Shown: piece by piece, positions 61,454 to 64,000 of the stretch
Layout: every line of letters begins with the position of its first letter
Position numbering within the stretch: the stretch's first letter is position 1
DNA from: Felis catus
Lineage: Eukaryota
DNA length: 64,000 nt
NCBI RefSeq assembly: GCF_018350175.1
Contig: NC_058368.1
Location: 226,612,001-226,676,000 of the forward strand
Reading direction: 5' to 3'
Program-made: the position numbers and the translations under genes
Notes under the pieces: generated by a model
The model's database searches: none
What the model was told of the DNA's origin: nothing
What the model saw: the letters and a program-made list of their open reading frames with translations, nothing else

Positions 61454-61666
61454 TTTTTACATTTTTTAAAGTCTTTATTTATTGAGGGAGATAGAGAGTG
61501 CACAGGAGGGGCAGAGAGAGAGAGAGAGACAGAGAGAAAATCTCAAGCAGGCTCTGCACTGCCAGCACAGAGCCCAGTGCGGGGCTTGAATTCACAAACC
61601 GTGAGATCACGACCCAGGCCGAAATCAAGAGTTGGACGTTTCATGACTGAGCCACCCAGGCACCCC
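61454..61666 (-). mobile_element. Older SINEC SINE
   Basis: Reverse body ending 'gactgagccacccaggcacccc'. Confidence 0.92.
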
Positions 61667-62884
61667 CCCCCCTTTTTTTTAACATTTCATAGAGGGGAAT
61701 GGAACAGAACAAGAGAAGCTGAACGTACTTGTTTTGTAGAATTAGTACACCTATGTTTGCTCCATACTAGATTGGAAATGTATCCATTTTTCTTTTAAAC
61801 CTATGGTGATTGTACTATTTGCTGCTTAAACCATGAAAGTACTTTGGATCTCTCATAGCATTATGGGGGGAGCGTGACAGTCTCATGAGGAGTCCAATGC
61901 TAAAAATATTTGGTGGTGCACTTAGTGTACTTCAGACTTTCCAGAACTACATCTGAGGCCATAGATCTGAGTTAGATTGTTTAGGCTTTGCCTAAGACAC
62001 AAAAGTTCCAAATCCCCTGGGCTTACACAAAACCACCCAAAAGGCTCACCAGTCAAACTCACTGATGTCCTTTTGATATCTGGTATCATGTTAGTAACAA
62101 CACTGTTTTTCTTTGAGATCAAGTCTCTGCCTACTGGGAACCGCATCCTAATTACTGCCCAAAGGGGATTTTTTTTCAATGCATTGTTGTGTCTTGTCTT
62201 AAGAAATTCATTAGTTATTTCAAAACATAACCCATATGCTGTTCTCCTCTCCTCTGTTTTATGTAAGATTTCTCTCTCTTTCTTTTTTTTTTTGGCAGAA
62301 AGTTCCAGAAATTTTTCTATTCTCACAAGAATAGCTCTAGGCACTTTCCCAGTATAATAAAGAAGCGTTTTATGTTATGGGTGATGGCCAGTTAACATTT
62401 GTATTTCTCCGGAAGAACTACAGCATTTCTATCAGCCAAGGGAAACACCTGCATAGCCTGTGTTTCTGAATTACATCCATGACCACACGTCCCATAAACA
62501 AGGAATCAGAATCCAAAGGAGAAAAGCCACAGGTGCTGCAGAAAAACAGCTCCATGTAAATCCGTAATATGCAACAGTCTCTTCAAAACAAACAAGATTA
62601 TGAGGGTATCATTACAGCCAGGAAATATGGACATCACCTATAATCACCTACAATCAGCCTATAATTATTTTTATAACATACAGGGTTTGGACTACACATG
62701 ATCACAAATTAAAGCCCTAAGGCAGGGTTCCTTTTGGTGGCTGACAAATACACAGATTGTATTTGTAAAATATGTAGCCAGACCTGAATCTTCTTCGTTC
62801 TTAACAAATTCAAAACACAAATCTGGAAACAAGGGTGCATTCAGACCACAGAGCCCTTAAACTACCACATCCCTCAGTCGAAAA

Positions 62885-62886
<2 letters not shown>

Positions 62887-62928
<42 letters not shown>
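62887..62928. repeat. (AC)21 microsatellite
   Basis: Read directly. Confidence 0.97.
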
Positions 62929-62932
<4 letters not shown>

Positions 62933-64000
62933 TATATATTAATAATAATATTTCAATAGAGGAATCAGGGCAAAACCAAAAACTAGAAACCACTTTAAAT
63001 TTACTTGAAAATGATGACATTGCCCAGAACCTATCTCTTTCAGAAGGCTTACTCAATGAAGATGCAAAGCTAATGGGAGAACCAATGACTTTTTGTCAGG
63101 TATCCAACAGACATGCTCCACAGTACCGGACTTTCGCAGGAAGTAAGTAATGCCCACAGGAACCTCCCAGACACATTCCACGGAGGACAATGGAAGACAG
63201 TCTTCTGAAGAACCCAAATACTGTGATGTGGACAATAAATACCAAGAGAGATGATGTCATCGGAAACCACGTTAAGCGAGAGGGTCTGGGGATGAGATGA
63301 GCCTGGTCGCTGGACTATAAGAATGAACGCGTGGGTCACGCTTGTCAGGAGGAGTTTCACGGTGGGCAGATTAAAATGAAGCAAGTCTCTCGGGAGGCCC
63401 TGTCAACAAGGCTGCTTCTCAAAACATTTTACATAACATCTCGTAACTTTGGATCTTTATGTTTAATAAAGCCTTTATGGCGAAAAATACTGATACTGTT
63501 TATTCAATGAAACTTTTGCTATTTTTTAATGGCTTAATGTTTGCTACATTCACACCACTGCGTTGGGTATGCTCTTAGAACAGCTGCAAAGTAAGACAAA
63601 ACAGAGAGAGACAAACAGATAATCAGGGTGTCAAAAAGATCATGATGATTCTGTACCGATATGTACACACACTTGGGAATGATTTTTCACACTGACGGCC
63701 CAGATCCCAAGTAGTCAACCACCTCCTCTGAATGCTACGGTGCCAATGAGTTATTAAGGACAAAAAAAAAAATCAATCTTTTTAAAGGTGTCTGAAATGT
63801 CAGTGATCCACACCAGCTGTCAAGTTAAGCAAGAGCTCTGCATCACCAGTCTCTTTGCCTGGTGAAGTTTGCCACATACCAAGCACTGACAACATAAATA
63901 TTATTTTAATTCCAAAGATATAGCCTCTTGAGCGTTTATAAAGTCTAACTACTTAAATGTTATCAGCTGGCTCCGAAACTCTAACTGTTTACGACTCAGA

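Larger units (their letters stand above)
26153..64000 (-). other. FBXL7: Part of FBXL7 intron 1 (3' portion)
   Basis: Ends in the AG acceptor at 26154-26153; no exon 1 (MGANNGKQYGSE) or promoter-type CpG island seen in the window. Confidence 0.85.

Noticed and set aside
62632..62666. Three ~10-bp tandem units (atcacctata/atcacctaca/atcagcctata)
   Set aside because: Ordinary short slippage repeat with no sign of function.
1..64000. CRISPR arrays, operons, tRNA/rRNA genes, intact retroviral or transposase ORFs
   Set aside because: This is mammalian intronic DNA. There are no regularly spaced repeat-spacer arrays, the tRNA-like A/B boxes all belong to SINEs, and all LTRs and DNA transposons are non-coding relics.

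Overview
Mammalian genomic DNA from a felid (cat-like): it carries about 25 tRNA-derived SINEC_Fc-type SINEs and a young felid-type L1 3' end. The only coding sequence I can support is one 90-bp internal exon on the minus strand (26063-26152). Its translation, (G)KGSSSISSDVSSSTDHTPTQAQKNVATSE(D), matches my recollection of exon 2 of FBXL7 (F-box/LRR-repeat protein 7). The rest is therefore most likely FBXL7 intron 2 (1-26062) and intron 1 (26153-64000). These introns hold layered transposon fossils (L3/CR1, L2, MIR, L1M, MLT1/MLT2 LTRs, MER5A, MER45A, MER82, MER44, Tigger2-like), young SINE/L1 insertions with intact TSDs, and microsatellites. The ORF track is essentially noise. I see no new protein-coding system. 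The most notable items are: a perfect palindromic MARE/ARE in a CpG-rich patch; two cases of SINEs re-using the same target site; a SINE with a triplicated Pol III A-box; an L1 fragment with a twin-priming-like inversion but no 3' end; an unexplained ~120-bp direct repeat; and inverted SINE pairs. Repeat family names come from recalled consensus sequences, not from a database search.
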